This document shows positions 48,701 through 58,646 of a stretch of 64,000 bases of DNA, piece after piece. This stretch comes from an uncultured Gemmatimonadota bacterium. Lineage in GTDB: Bacteria > SM23-81 > DAOVCL01. Every line of letters starts with the position of its first letter. Position 1 is the first letter of the stretch. Position numbers and translations under genes: made by a program. The DNA lies in assembly GCA_964626665.1 (NCBI GenBank), contig CAZVGK010000015.1, forward strand, positions 1-64,000, given 5' to 3'. Under the pieces are notes generated by a model. That model made no database searches, had not been told where the DNA came from, and worked only from the letters and a program-made list of their open reading frames with translations.

Positions 48701-50748
48701 GGGCTAACAGTTGATATTGCGGGGGAGATAACCTCTACCATCCCGATATAGGGCTTAAAGTTGTGTTTGGTAACCGTCACATAGAGGGTTCCTGGAGAGG
48801 AGATTTGGGGATAAATTCCCACATTGGCATAGCCCCCTTGGGAATAAGCTACCCCGTAAGTTATACCATCTTTGTAGAGGGTTACTAAGGCGCTGTCCTG
48901 GTCTACAGCCATCTCCATTGTCTGGACAAGGAGAGGAAGGGTGTCGTTGTATGAAACTACAAAGGTACCAGGAGCTCCAATAAAAAGGTCCAAGGATGGT
49001 TCCCCCAAGAGGTTATAGACCTCAAAGTAGTATTTGACATTTGCTGCCAGCCCATAATACTGGAAGATCTTCAATTTCGCTCCATTGGTCATCCCCGAGA
49101 GGGTATGCAGACCTCCACCAAAGCCTGATAGATAAAGCCCTCTCTCCAAAACATCGTCCTCGTCCCAGTAGGTGTAATTGGAAGCTCCCCAGAAGCCCAC
49201 TCCTCCCTTATCCTTGGCCCTTAACCATTTTTCACCGAAGCAAACCGAAGAGTTGTAGGTTCCTGTTAGGCAGGCATTGCTGATCACAAAGGGATACATC
49301 CCCTGGTTGGTTAGGCTTGTTATATTGGAGCCACCATACCCCGGATCTTGCCAGGTAGTTACGCTTCCATGCCCGGAATAGTTGACCCAGACCTGCCCCC
49401 AATTGAGAGCGGAGTCTATGTTGCTTGTCGATCCCCCAAAGTGGGAATAGACCCTCGTGGAAAGGACTCCCAAAGGCTCAAAATAGGTGAGGGCCATCTC
49501 ATTGTGAGTTCCCTCCGTAAGGTTATGATTTTCACTTGAGGCAATGAACGTGGCCCGGGAAAGCCAATCCGTTTGAAGATTTTCCAGCTTCTCAAAACTA
49601 AGTATCTTGTCCACGATATTCCCGGCTTCATTGGAAATCTTTACCGATAAACGGCCAATGCCGATGTCGGGGAAGAGATCGGAGCCATCCACCGTGGAAT
49701 AATAAAGATCCGTGGCTTTTGCCGTGTGTCCCTCTAAGGGGTATCTGCCGGAATAGGGCTGAATATAGGCGGATGCCACTCCAGACGTATCCCCTTCCCC
49801 CACCAGGAGGACATAAGCGGGAGGATTTTCCCAATTGTAATAAGCATTGCTGATAAATGTTCTTATGCTTGCCGTATCCGAGCCTATCTCCGATGTCCTC
49901 ACCATAACAGTTGAGAAGCCCCTCTTACCAATCCACTCTTTTAAGGGCTGAATCTCTTCCCAGAAATCATCGGCAGTAATGATCAGGTAGCCCTTTGGAG
50001 ATGTTTTCGGGAAGAAGCCTTCATAGGTGCCATAATTTATGAAACTGTTTTGGACCAGTTTCTCCCAGGAGGGTGAGTAGAGTCTTTTCAAATTGGCCTC
50101 TGTAGAGGAAATATCTGATCCCAGGAGGTTAATTTGCAGTTTAAGCTGAGTAATTAGCTTCACCTGTGCTTTCCCGGGATTATAGATTAGGGGGAAAACC
50201 TCCAGGGTGATAAATCTGTGTCCCCTTATCACCCCTTCTGGGCCTATCCTCACAGGCTTCTCAGGGGAAAAGACGTCTTGGGAATAGAAGGAATTATCGA
50301 TGGAAAACTTGCTTGGCGTATCGATGTCCTTTCGCCTGGAAGGCTGAGACGGGAGAATGGGATATTCCAACCCCAGATCAGTTAATCTATATTCCTTTAT
50401 GGAAGAAGAGACTATCTGCAGGGAAGGGGTAGCCCCATAAGGGATCTCCACAAGTTCCCTGATAACGGGAAGTTTAGGTCTGCCGACCTCTCTGTTGAAG
50501 CCATATCCAGGAAAGGAGATTTCGCTGAATTTTCCGCCCTTGGTGGAGACAACTTCATAGCTCAACCCTTTTACATCTATCTCCAAACTGATGGCCGTGG
50601 GGTCAGATCTGACCAAAGACACCCTTGGTTTCTCAGGGGAGGTGATGCCCTGGGGTGAGAACCATCCTCCTTGTGCTTCTCCCAAAAGAAAAAAGGACAA
50701 AGCAACAAATAGGAAACCAACCAATCTTTTCGTCCTAAACAATTCCAT
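45799..50748 (-). CDS. Large peptidase C25 with propeptide, carboxypeptidase-regulatory-like repeats, jelly-roll domain and T9SS/FlgD-type CTD
   Basis: YVLLVGE, TDLYY, IGIGRLS, NYSGHG (His), SNACLTG (Cys), [22 protein letters not shown]. Confidence 0.9.
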   Translation of the reverse strand: MELFRTKRLVGFLFVALSFFLLGEAQGGWFSPQGITSPEKPRVSLVRSDPTAISLEIDVKGLSYEVVSTKGGKFSEISFPGYGFNREVGRPKLPVIRELVEIPYGATPSLQIVSSSIKEYRLTDLGLEYPILPSQPSRRKDIDTPSKFSIDNSFYSQDVFSPEKPVRIGPEGVIRGHRFITLEVFPLIYNPGKAQVKLITQLKLQINLLGSDISSTEANLKRLYSPSWEKLVQNSFINYGTYEGFFPKTSPKGYLIITADDFWEEIQPLKEWIGKRGFSTVMVRTSEIGSDTASIRTFISNAYYNWENPPAYVLLVGEGDTSGVASAYIQPYSGRYPLEGHTAKATDLYYSTVDGSDLFPDIGIGRLSVKISNEAGNIVDKILSFEKLENLQTDWLSRATFIASSENHNLTEGTHNEMALTYFEPLGVLSTRVYSHFGGSTSNIDSALNWGQVWVNYSGHGSVTTWQDPGYGGSNITSLTNQGMYPFVISNACLTGTYNSSVCFGEKWLRAKDKGGVGFWGASNYTYWDEDDVLERGLYLSGFGGGLHTLSGMTNGAKLKIFQYYGLAANVKYYFEVYNLLGEPSLDLFIGAPGTFVVSYNDTLPLLVQTMEMAVDQDSALVTLYKDGITYGVAYSQGGYANVGIYPQISSPGTLYVTVTKHNFKPYIGMVEVISPAISTVSPDSIPINTSTQVEVKVLDEGTAQPIPDVEVTISGWGISLVDTTNSLGEASLMVYPPYGEVLMVKGRKIGDAYDLLADSIIIIGGLTLTSPSISAFVPSIWLINALTPDIAGEIQAQVWNPGFSLFARGCGVNTSVYTSGYATEVEVLPDTVGSLKCAIAKSGFKIYQKDIPVTEVYGWLSGVVYDSLSQDSLSGVQILGFPGGADTSSVSPLFKLDTDGRGRFQVEEKLPVGVYDLYLEMFGYSPKKTAILLRHNVNDIALCLNSASQGKVEGVVYDSSTGEPLNATVRVFTREERPQLYATIQTDSTQGGSFSVKLPYFGYTFKVSSWLHLPRTTTVSFGEDSLKEDFGMLPFADSILVIDDETGKQGLVNVRGGATNKKWEKTKAKGAAQTIVQYLRELNLNAKLEPSSSTNPSNWSNYPFIIWSDGQDQSPVVISSYRDALESYVASGGKLLIEGGELGYDSCVDPKYPSFAQSVLHITGWEGDEAGDLNQVGSFSDHPIANYPNRLPSTLGITFDPFDWGDQDASVPAGDAFVVYQCNDGDAGVLVYDPTPDPQGGQIVFYSFNFLALTDSLQRKDLLENTCFYLLAKEGEPQGMIRGMVDLRGRPNDGGAVVTLTSGAFSAADTTSADGNWHLDGLYQGSYTLRASKEGYEDTLISEVTISYEETTSIDLVLYPRVYIYFSDFDSDSGALFPSGNWQWGKPQYGPSGAHSDSNLWATSLDGSYSNNSNSILDSPKLPIPNSSKATLEFWHWYDCQDADGGNLKISVNGGDWQIIDPEDPYPQGWVPLDNSGIPGQRCYTGNHSFWEKAKVDLSPYLGEGDTAVIRWQFGSNGSGTRAGWYIDDVKVSYVDYSVGVKSEVSGRKLPTFFTLFQNYPNPFNSTTLIRYAIPAVSDAVPSTGQRSAVSLEIYNILGQKVVTLVDGKQTPGYKAVTWNTKGLASGIYFCRLRAGDFQGVRKLLLIK

Positions 50749-50967
50749 TTTCATCTCCTTTGCTGAGTTGTTCCTTAAGATAAGCAATTGCTCAGAGTTT
50801 TTCAAGAAGTTTTATCTCAGACAATAGGTGAAAACACCAAGTGACACCGAAACCACCGAAATATCAGGAAATTATAAACCTGATTTGTCGGGAGGTTTTT
50901 AAGCGAATCCCCCCAGTTTTCTGTTATTACTCAGGTTACATTATAGTCAACACATAGGCATTCCAAT

Positions 50968-51057
50968 TGTCATTGCGAGGAGCGTAGCGACGAAGCAATC
51001 TCATAGTCTAAACCCCCGTTCGAAGGTTTAGATTGCTTCGCTGCGCTCGCAATGACA
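50968..51057. repeat. TGTCATTGCGAG...CTCGCAATGACA palindromic element (RPE/REP-like); partial copies near 9961, 12089, 53057
   Basis: Terminal inverted repeats with GAAGCAATC/GATTGCTTC arms. Confidence 0.85.
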
Positions 51058-51132
51058 TGTAATCTTTTTAGTGACCCCAATAGTATTTCGGTGTTTAATG
51101 AACAATTTGTGTAAAAGGGGGTGAACTGCAAA

Positions 51133-51188
51133 AAAATACAACAAAATACCACAAAATCCTTGACATACGAGATCGTATTGATTACTTT
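51133..51188 (+). promoter_or_regulatory. Promoter with candidate operator
   Basis: TTGACA-17-TACTTT; ATACGA-GA-TCGTAT palindrome in the spacer; 10-bp AAAATAC.AC direct repeats upstream. Confidence 0.55.
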
Positions 51189-51210
51189 TTTTTAAAAAAA
51201 GGCGGGATGT

Positions 51211-51681
51211 ATGACTTCAAAACAGAGGGCAAAGGATTTGAAGCTGCTGACTGCAGGCGAGATAGCCAATATCCTGAGGATGAACCATCAAGTTATCCTG
51301 CGGAAACTACAAAGCGGCGAGATTGAAGGCTACAAGTTAGGAAAGGACTGGAGGATTGAGGAGGAAAAGTTCTGGGAGTGGCTACAAAGCAAAGGCAATA
51401 GGCTGCTTGCCAAAGATGAGAGGGCGAAGACCATTCAGACATTTTTCAAAAACGGGAAGTTAGTTAGCCTTCCAGCTAAGAGAAAGAAGAGGTTGTATGT
51501 ATTGGAAAGGATTTGGCAGGATTTCTCCCGTAACAGGGTCTATAGTGAAAGCGATGTGAATGAGATTATTTTGCGGTATTACGACGATTTCTGCACCATC
51601 AGAAGGGAGCTGGTTGACAATGGCTTTATGGTCAGATCAGGTGGTAAATACAAGGCAGTGGCCGGGAAACAAAGCCTTTAA
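51211..51681 (+). CDS. Excisionase-like HTH_17 fused to DUF2087
   Basis: LLTAGEIANILRM...GYKLGKDWRI; LVSLPAKRKKR...YSESDVN...DFCTIRRELVD. Confidence 0.85.
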   Translation: MTSKQRAKDLKLLTAGEIANILRMNHQVILRKLQSGEIEGYKLGKDWRIEEEKFWEWLQSKGNRLLAKDERAKTIQTFFKNGKLVSLPAKRKKRLYVLERIWQDFSRNRVYSESDVNEIILRYYDDFCTIRRELVDNGFMVRSGGKYKAVAGKQSL

Positions 51682-51903
51682 CTTTTCAACAATTTTCTTT
51701 GCTTAAAGCATAATCCGGCTATTCTCCTCGGGAATACCTTCCCCTTTTGACGATTACCCCCTCGGTTAACGGCAAGGCGAAGAGTAGGGGCCAAAAAACC
51801 AAAGCCAATTGCAACCAGAAAAGGGGCCTGACATTCCCACCTCCATTTATTACTCAGGCCACTTGTCCATGGGCCCCTTTTACCTCAGCCAGAGGCCCAT
51901 AAA

Positions 51904-52872
51904 CTATTTGGCCAAAATTGAGGCCAGATTATAGAGACCTTTATCCAGCCTTTTCTTCTTCTCCCAGGATTCATTTAAAGGGGTAAGGACTACCCTCCCA
52001 TTTACCTCCCCTACCATCTTGTCCTTCTCCCCTTTGGTCAAGGCCTCTACCGCCGCTGCTCCTAACCTGCTGGCCAAGACCCTATCTCTGGCAGTGGGCC
52101 TACCGCCTCTTTGTATATGGCCCAAGACTACCACCCTAAAACCCACGCCTATAGAAGATTTGATCTCCTTAGCAATCTGGAAAGCCCCACCAGCTTCATC
52201 CCCCTCTGCCACCACCACAATAGCACTTGTTTTCCCCTTTTTCTTACCCTCAGTTAACCTTTTACAGATAGCAGGTAGGTCTGTTTTGACCTCCGGAATC
52301 AGGATTTCCTCTGCTCCCCCACCTATTCCCACTTCCAAGGCAATAAAACCGGCTTTCCTACCCATCACCTCTACCAGGAATATCCTTTCATGGGCGGCTG
52401 CCGTATCTCTGATCCTGTCTATGGATTCCAGGGCAGTGTTCACCGCGGTATCATACCCTATGGTATAGTCACTGCCATAGATATCATTGTCAATGGTGGC
52501 CGGAACGCCAATTGCCGGCGTATACCACTCCACAAAGAGGTCATGTGCCCCGCGAAAGCTACCATCCCCTCCAATCACTATCAGACCCTCAACATTGGCC
52601 TCACCCAATTTCAGGGCAGCCATCTTTCTTCCCTCCTTAGTGGTGAACTCCTGAGAACGTGCCGTTTCCAGTATTGTCCCTCCCCGTTGGATAATGTTAG
52701 AGACCGATCTCATCGTCATAGGGAAAAGCTCACCGGCAATCAGGCCGGCATATCCCCTCCTTATCCCCATCACATCCAGATCGTTATATAAAGCCATTCT
52801 TACCACTGCCCGCAGGCAAGCGTTCATCCCCGGGGCATCTCCGCCACTGGTTAAGACGCCAATCCTCTTCAT
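51904..52872 (-). CDS. pfkA: ATP-dependent 6-phosphofructokinase
   Basis: LTSGGDAPGMNA, IGGDGS, ATIDND, EVMGR, LGHIQRGG. Confidence 0.97.
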   Translation of the reverse strand: MKRIGVLTSGGDAPGMNACLRAVVRMALYNDLDVMGIRRGYAGLIAGELFPMTMRSVSNIIQRGGTILETARSQEFTTKEGRKMAALKLGEANVEGLIVIGGDGSFRGAHDLFVEWYTPAIGVPATIDNDIYGSDYTIGYDTAVNTALESIDRIRDTAAAHERIFLVEVMGRKAGFIALEVGIGGGAEEILIPEVKTDLPAICKRLTEGKKKGKTSAIVVVAEGDEAGGAFQIAKEIKSSIGVGFRVVVLGHIQRGGRPTARDRVLASRLGAAAVEALTKGEKDKMVGEVNGRVVLTPLNESWEKKKRLDKGLYNLASILAK

Positions 52873-52909
52873 TACAGCCTCCTGATGTATTATTACTTAG
52901 GACACATTA

Positions 52910-53040
52910 TATAGTTTCTGTCTGAATTTGTCATTCCCGCACGCCGTTAGCGGGAATCCATTGCTGAATTCAAGTAGATTCCGGCTTAAAGATTGCCGGA
53001 ATGACAGGAAATATGGGTATTTCCGGACAGACACTATATA
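52910..53040. repeat. TGTCATTCCCGC...GGAATGACA palindrome nested in a TATAG..TCTGTC/GACAGACACTATA inverted repeat
   Basis: Direct inspection. Confidence 0.7.
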
Positions 53041-53244
53041 GTTTACACATTATTGGGATTGCTTCGCTGCGCTCGCAATGACATGTAATCTATTTATTGC
53101 CCTTAGTGGTATCTTTTGTTCGTTGCCTGTTCCTGCTATCTAATGAGAGGATAATAGCAAAAGATAGGGGAGATGTCAAAAAGATTCTCACCCCACCGAA
53201 AATCCCCTTGACCTTAGGGGGATGAGAGGGTATTATTCACGGCG

Positions 53245-55653
53245 ATGGCTATGGGTAAAAGGGGAAAGGGCCCTTATTTGGTGGTCCACGGACATTTTTA
53301 CCAACCCCCACGGGAAAACCCCTGGACAGAGATGGTGGAGAGGGAGAAAACCGCTTTCCCCTATCATAATTGGAATCAGAGGATCTCGCACCAGTGTTAC
53401 CGGCCGAACTCCGCGGCACGCATAGTGGATGGAGAGGGAAAGATCTTGGATATAGTCAACAACTACTCCCTGATGAGTTTCAACTTTGGCCCCACCTTGT
53501 TAAGCTGGCTTGAGGATAATGACCCCGTAACCTATCTTAGGATATTAGAGGCAGACCGGAGGAGCATTGCCCTCCGCTCCGGGCATGAAAACGCCCTGGC
53601 CCAGGTCTACAATCACCTGATTATGCCCTTAGCTATCTACAGGGATAAGTGGACCCAGGTGAGATGGGGGATTGAGGATTTCAAATTTAGGTTTGGCAGG
53701 GAACCGGAGGGGATGTGGCTCCCGGAAACGGCGGTAGATGAAGAGACATTATCCGTCTTGGCGGAAAATGGGATTAAGTTCACCATTCTGGCTCCCCATC
53801 AAGCCAAAAGGGTAAGAAGGATTGGGGGAATGAGGTGGAGAAGGGTGACCTCTGAATCCTTAGATACTACCAAGGTCTACAGATGTTTCCTCAAGGGGCA
53901 GCACATTGACATCTTTTTCTATAATGGTCCCATCTCCTATGAGATAAGCTTTGGAGACTTCTTAAAGAATGGCGAGCTCCTTGCCCAGAGGCTGAGGGAA
54001 GCCCTCAGGCCCAGGGATAAGGGAAAACAACTTATCCTTGTGGCCACAGATGGGGAGACATTCGGCCACCACAAACCATTTGGAGAGATGGCCTTAGCCT
54101 ATATCCTAAGCAGGGAGGTTGCCCAAAAGGGTTTGAGGGTAACGAATTTAGGGCAATTTGTTGAGGAGAACCCTCCCCAATGGGAGGTAGAGATCGATGA
54201 AGGGCCCCGGGGAGAGGGGAGCTCCTGGAGCTGCAGCCACGGGGTAGGGAGATGGAAGGAGGATTGTGGCTGCTCCACGGGGGGGCAACCCCACTGGAAT
54301 CAGGGTTGGAGGAAATCCTTGAGGGAGGGGTTGGACTGGTTAAGGGACAAATTGGCCGCCATCTACGAAAGGGAAGGGGGAAAATACTTGAGGGATGTTT
54401 GGCAAGCAAGGGATGAATATATCAAGGTTATCCTGGATAGAAGCCCCAAAAATGTAAATAAATTTTTTAAAAAAATTCAAACCTATCCTTTAAATAAAGA
54501 TGAAAAAATCAGGTGTCTTAAACTGTTAGAGATACAAAGAAATGCCATGTTGATGTTCACCAGTTGTGGCTGGTTCTTTGCCGATATATCTGGATTGGAG
54601 TCGGTGCAGATACTAAAATATGCTGCTCGCGCCGTTGAATTGGCCAAAGATCTCACCCAGAAAGATCTGGAGAAGACTCTGCTTCAATTTCTGCGAAAGG
54701 CAAAGAGCAACCTCGAGAAGTACGAGGATGGGGAGAAGATCTACCTCAAGCAGGTGAAACCAATTGCCGTCCCTCCTCAAGTTGTTATGGCTAATTATGC
54801 CCTCAGGCTCCCCTTTCGCTGGGAAAAGAGGAAGGAAATAAAAATTTCCTCCTATCAAATAGCGGATAGAGGGGGTCGGACTAAAAGGCTGGGGCGGGAA
54901 AAATTTGCCTGGGGAAAGGCAAATTTAGAGAGCCTCTTAACCAGGGAGGAGGAGAGTTTTCTCTATCTAACCCATTTTCAAAGAGAGGGAAGACTTGACT
55001 GCTGGATTAAGAGATCGAATGAAGCGGATTGGCCACAAACCCCTGACCCTGAGCAGCTTATCTCTCAGGTTAAGGGAGAAATGGGCTGGAAGAGCTGCAC
55101 CCCTCAGGACCTTTCTGCGGAGTGGAGGGAGGAAATCTTAGGTTATCTGCAGGAGGAGGCGTTAAAAGAGGTCAATCGGAGCCTGCGCCGGATATATAAG
55201 AGAAACCTTGGTTTGATTAAAAACCTGCAGGAAAATGGGGGGGGAGTTCCTCAGATCTTTAGGCAATTGGCTTCCTTTTTGCTCATCCTGCGCTTGGAAA
55301 AGGGAATAGAGGGGATGAGGGGGGATTTTGAGAAAAACTTCCGGCGGATTGTTCAGCTCCATTCTGATATGGAGAATTTTGGCTATCTCCCACCCCAGGG
55401 AAGATTAGAGCCCCTTTTCTCCGAGCCCCTCTCTGCCAGGGTGAAGAACTTGGTTCAGAACCTCTCCCTCAGGGAGATTAAGAGGATAGATAAACTTTTG
55501 GATCTGGCGGATCAATGGGGGTTGCAGCCGGATTTAAGGGGGGTTCAAGAGGATTTTTATCCTCTATGGAAGGGGAGAATCCGGGCGAAAGGGACGAGAA
55601 ACCGCCAACGACACTTGAACGGATTAGCGGAGAAACTCGGTTTCAGTGTTTAG
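53245..55653 (+). CDS. Glycoside hydrolase family 57 with DUF3536
   Basis: HGHFYQPPRENPW, GMWLPET, ATDGETFGHH, SWSCSHGVGRW, MFTSCGWFF. Confidence 0.92.
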   Translation: MAMGKRGKGPYLVVHGHFYQPPRENPWTEMVEREKTAFPYHNWNQRISHQCYRPNSAARIVDGEGKILDIVNNYSLMSFNFGPTLLSWLEDNDPVTYLRILEADRRSIALRSGHENALAQVYNHLIMPLAIYRDKWTQVRWGIEDFKFRFGREPEGMWLPETAVDEETLSVLAENGIKFTILAPHQAKRVRRIGGMRWRRVTSESLDTTKVYRCFLKGQHIDIFFYNGPISYEISFGDFLKNGELLAQRLREALRPRDKGKQLILVATDGETFGHHKPFGEMALAYILSREVAQKGLRVTNLGQFVEENPPQWEVEIDEGPRGEGSSWSCSHGVGRWKEDCGCSTGGQPHWNQGWRKSLREGLDWLRDKLAAIYEREGGKYLRDVWQARDEYIKVILDRSPKNVNKFFKKIQTYPLNKDEKIRCLKLLEIQRNAMLMFTSCGWFFADISGLESVQILKYAARAVELAKDLTQKDLEKTLLQFLRKAKSNLEKYEDGEKIYLKQVKPIAVPPQVVMANYALRLPFRWEKRKEIKISSYQIADRGGRTKRLGREKFAWGKANLESLLTREEESFLYLTHFQREGRLDCWIKRSNEADWPQTPDPEQLISQVKGEMGWKSCTPQDLSAEWREEILGYLQEEALKEVNRSLRRIYKRNLGLIKNLQENGGGVPQIFRQLASFLLILRLEKGIEGMRGDFEKNFRRIVQLHSDMENFGYLPPQGRLEPLFSEPLSARVKNLVQNLSLREIKRIDKLLDLADQWGLQPDLRGVQEDFYPLWKGRIRAKGTRNRQRHLNGLAEKLGFSV

Positions 55654-55893
55654 CATTATGTAGATGGCTTGTGAGGTCAGACATTTATCTTTGGGGGATA
55701 CTATGGTCAGATCAGGGGATCTGATCGCGCAACTGTGCGATATTTAAGGCACCAGCGAAGCTTCGCCTTCCCGGCCCGGGAGGGGCAAACCGTCAAGGTA
55801 AGGCAACTTAAACTGGGCGAAGCTCCGAATTTGAAATTGAAAAATGCAAAGGGTAAAAGTGAATCTTCCCACCCACAGAGCAGGCATTCACGA

Positions 55894-55990
55894 CACTTCC
55901 CTCCCCCTTGATGGGGGAGGACTAAGGAGAGAGTGAGAATTATCTCCGATTCCCCCCTGACCCTGACCCTCTCCCACCAGGGGAGAGGAA
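55894..55990. repeat. CCTCCCCCTTGATGGGGGAGG...CCCTCTCCCACCAGGGGAGAGG REP pair; inverted partial copy at 25212-25248
   Basis: Direct inspection. Confidence 0.75.
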
Positions 55991-56198
55991 ACTATAAGGA
56001 TGTCATTCATCCCCGTTTACAGAACTGGGCATTCTGATATTTTCAATTTACAATTGCTGGCTGCAAACTATTGCCTCAAATTTTAAGAGTTGCCTTTCGA
56101 AGCCGGCTAATATTGGCTCTTATGTTATGAATTGGTGGAGGCCGGAAAAAATCCTTGACATTCACCGTTGCACGAATTATTTTAGGGTTTAACGCGGT

Positions 56199-56275
56199 GG
56201 GGCTGTAGCTCAGCTGGGATGAGCGCTTGTCTGGCAGACAAGAGGTCACGGGTTCGATCCCCGTCAGCTCCACCA
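56199..56275 (+). tRNA. tRNA-Ala(GGC)
   Basis: GGGGCTG acceptor with G3:U70, CTTGT-CTGGCAG-ACAAG, GTTCGATC, CCA; TTGACA promoter at 56155. Confidence 0.96.
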
Positions 56276-56804
56276 ATTTATTTCAGATGATTTGGAACAT
56301 TTTTGCAACCTTCTCCTTCCTGATCAAATTTATCCTTTACGAAGGCCTTAGTGGTCTATGGGCTGGGTTTTGTGCCTGCATCTCCCTTTCCATCTGCTTG
56401 GCCGGATTTCTCCTTCTCCTCTGGCTGAAGCTCAGGAGGGAACCATCCCCCCAACTAAGCCTCAAACTGGCTTATCATTCCTCTAAGCGCCATTCCAATT
56501 GACCATATTTAGACCAGATTACCCTGTTTGAATAGCAAGGGCTCTCCTCGCCGGTGAGGTGGACATCCTTGATCATCCACCTAAATACCCTTTAAAAGCT
56601 GGCTATCTCTGTCCTTCCTCCCAAAATATAGGTTGGCATAAAATTTGCATTATCAACAACAGGTAGATAGGTCTTGGTTAAGCGTGGGCCATATTCGGAT
56701 CAACCCAAGGGGTTTCTCTAAAGAGACTTTCGCATTGAAACCCCAAAAAAGGGTTGACAAGGGAAAATGGATATAGTATTTTGAACTTTTGCCGGGAGGG
56801 AAAA

Positions 56805-58634
56805 GTGAGTCTCAAAAAACTTCCCCCTTTATTGCCTCTCTTTTTTCTGTTTATCGGCTGTTTCTCGCTCCCGCAGCGGAGCATCAAAGAGGAGAAACTC
56901 CCTCCTCCACCTCTTCCGCAAGTTAAATTAGGGGAGGATGAGTTTGCTCAAGGGGAACTGCAGAGGGCAAGAGGGCTTTATGCTTTGGGGGTGAGGGCGA
57001 TTGGCGAACGGAAGTGGGACAAGGCACAAGAGCACTTTGAAAAAGCCATAGAGATCTTAGTTGATCTGGATTTGGATGAGGAGCACCCCCAATTGGTGGG
57101 CCAGTTTGACCTTCTTCTCAATCAGATCTCCAGCGATTACCGGCGGGCCTTAGCCTCCATTGAGGAGTTGCCCCCTGGGATTTCCGTCTCTGCAGTGATG
57201 GAACGGCTCCAGGAGATGAAGATCTCCCATAAGGAGATAGAATCTCTCTACTTCCCGCTATTTGACCCCACTCGTTACGATTTTCCCGTTTGCTGGAATG
57301 AAGAGGTGAAAAGGTGTATCCATTTCTACCAAACCACTGGTCGGAAACCCTTTGTTGCCTGGTTGAAGAGATCCGGGAAATATGTCTCTATGATGAGGGA
57401 GATCCTTAAGGAGGCAGGGTTGCCACAGGATTTGGTGTACCTTGCCCTCATAGAAAGTGGATTCAACCCCTATGCTTACTCCTGGGCCCGTGCTGTGGGG
57501 CCCTGGCAGTTTATCTATTCAACTGGCCGACTCTTTGGCTTGCAGAGAAACTGGTGGATGGACGAGAGAAGGGATCCAGAGAAGTCAACCAGGGCTGCGG
57601 CCGCTTATCTTTCGGAGCTCTATCAGGAGTTTAAATCCTGGCCTTTAGCCATTGCGGCCTACAACTGCGGAAAGGGGAGGGTCCACCGGGCTATCCGTAA
57701 ATTTAAGACGAGGGACTTCTGGTCATTGCCCCTTCCCAGGCAGACCAGAAATTATGCCCCCTCCTATATGGCAGCTACTATAATCGCCAAAGACCCAGAG
57801 ATATATGGTTTCAACATAAAGGTAGACAAGCCCCTTTCCTGGGATCTCGTCTGGGTGGATGGATCAACTGACTTGCGGGTAGCGGCAAAATGTGCGGGGA
57901 CCACCTATAAAAGGATTAAGGAGTTAAATCCTGAGCTTTCCCGTTGGTGTACTCCCCCGCGGATCAAGAGATATGCGCTGCGGATTCCCGCTGGCAGGAA
58001 AGGGATGTTTGAGGCCAACTATTCGCGGCTTCCTGCAAAGAAGAAGGTTGTCTGGGACAGACACAGGGTCAAAAGAGGGGAGACCCTTTCCCAAATAGCT
58101 GAAGAATATCATACTTCTGTCTGGGCGATTGTCGATGCCAATTCCTTGAAGAACAGACATCGGATCATCGCCGGGGATTACCTGCTCATCCCAGTTCCCC
58201 CATCCCGCAGCTCTCGTGTAACCCATACGAAAAAGGGTGTTCCCACTCCCTCCCAGCAGGGCAAGAAGATTGTCTATAAGGTAAAGAAGGGGAATACATT
58301 GAGCCAAATTGCCGCAGAGTTTGGGGTGAAGAGCGGGGACTTGAGGAAATGGAACGGGTTACAGAAGGGTAGGTTTATCTATCCCGGACAGGAGCTTGGT
58401 ATCTGGGTAGAGCCGGGTTTCCGGCGCTTATCCTCTAACTTGGAGGAAAGTGACGGAAAGGGCAAGGAAAAGTTGATTTATGTTGTACGCACCGGGGATA
58501 CCCTTTGGGATATTGCCCGCGGATTTGGGGTAGAGGTGAAGGATCTCTGCCGTTGGAATGACCTCCACCCCAGACAGAGGATCTACCCAGGGGAGAAACT
58601 CCAGATTTTTGTGCAAATGGACAAAACCCTGTAA
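56805..58634 (+). CDS. mltD: Membrane-bound lytic transglycosylase with three LysM domains
   Basis: GTG start with SD GGGAGG; lipobox FIGC; LALIESGFNP, GPWQF, AAYNCG; three LysM repeats. Confidence 0.9.
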   Translation: MSLKKLPPLLPLFFLFIGCFSLPQRSIKEEKLPPPPLPQVKLGEDEFAQGELQRARGLYALGVRAIGERKWDKAQEHFEKAIEILVDLDLDEEHPQLVGQFDLLLNQISSDYRRALASIEELPPGISVSAVMERLQEMKISHKEIESLYFPLFDPTRYDFPVCWNEEVKRCIHFYQTTGRKPFVAWLKRSGKYVSMMREILKEAGLPQDLVYLALIESGFNPYAYSWARAVGPWQFIYSTGRLFGLQRNWWMDERRDPEKSTRAAAAYLSELYQEFKSWPLAIAAYNCGKGRVHRAIRKFKTRDFWSLPLPRQTRNYAPSYMAATIIAKDPEIYGFNIKVDKPLSWDLVWVDGSTDLRVAAKCAGTTYKRIKELNPELSRWCTPPRIKRYALRIPAGRKGMFEANYSRLPAKKKVVWDRHRVKRGETLSQIAEEYHTSVWAIVDANSLKNRHRIIAGDYLLIPVPPSRSSRVTHTKKGVPTPSQQGKKIVYKVKKGNTLSQIAAEFGVKSGDLRKWNGLQKGRFIYPGQELGIWVEPGFRRLSSNLEESDGKGKEKLIYVVRTGDTLWDIARGFGVEVKDLCRWNDLHPRQRIYPGEKLQIFVQMDKTL

Positions 58635-58646
58635 CCAAGGAGGAAG

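Noticed and set aside
56277-56600. Possible pseudogene or integrated remnant after tRNA-Ala
   Set aside because: No frame gave a recognisable protein and no att duplication was seen
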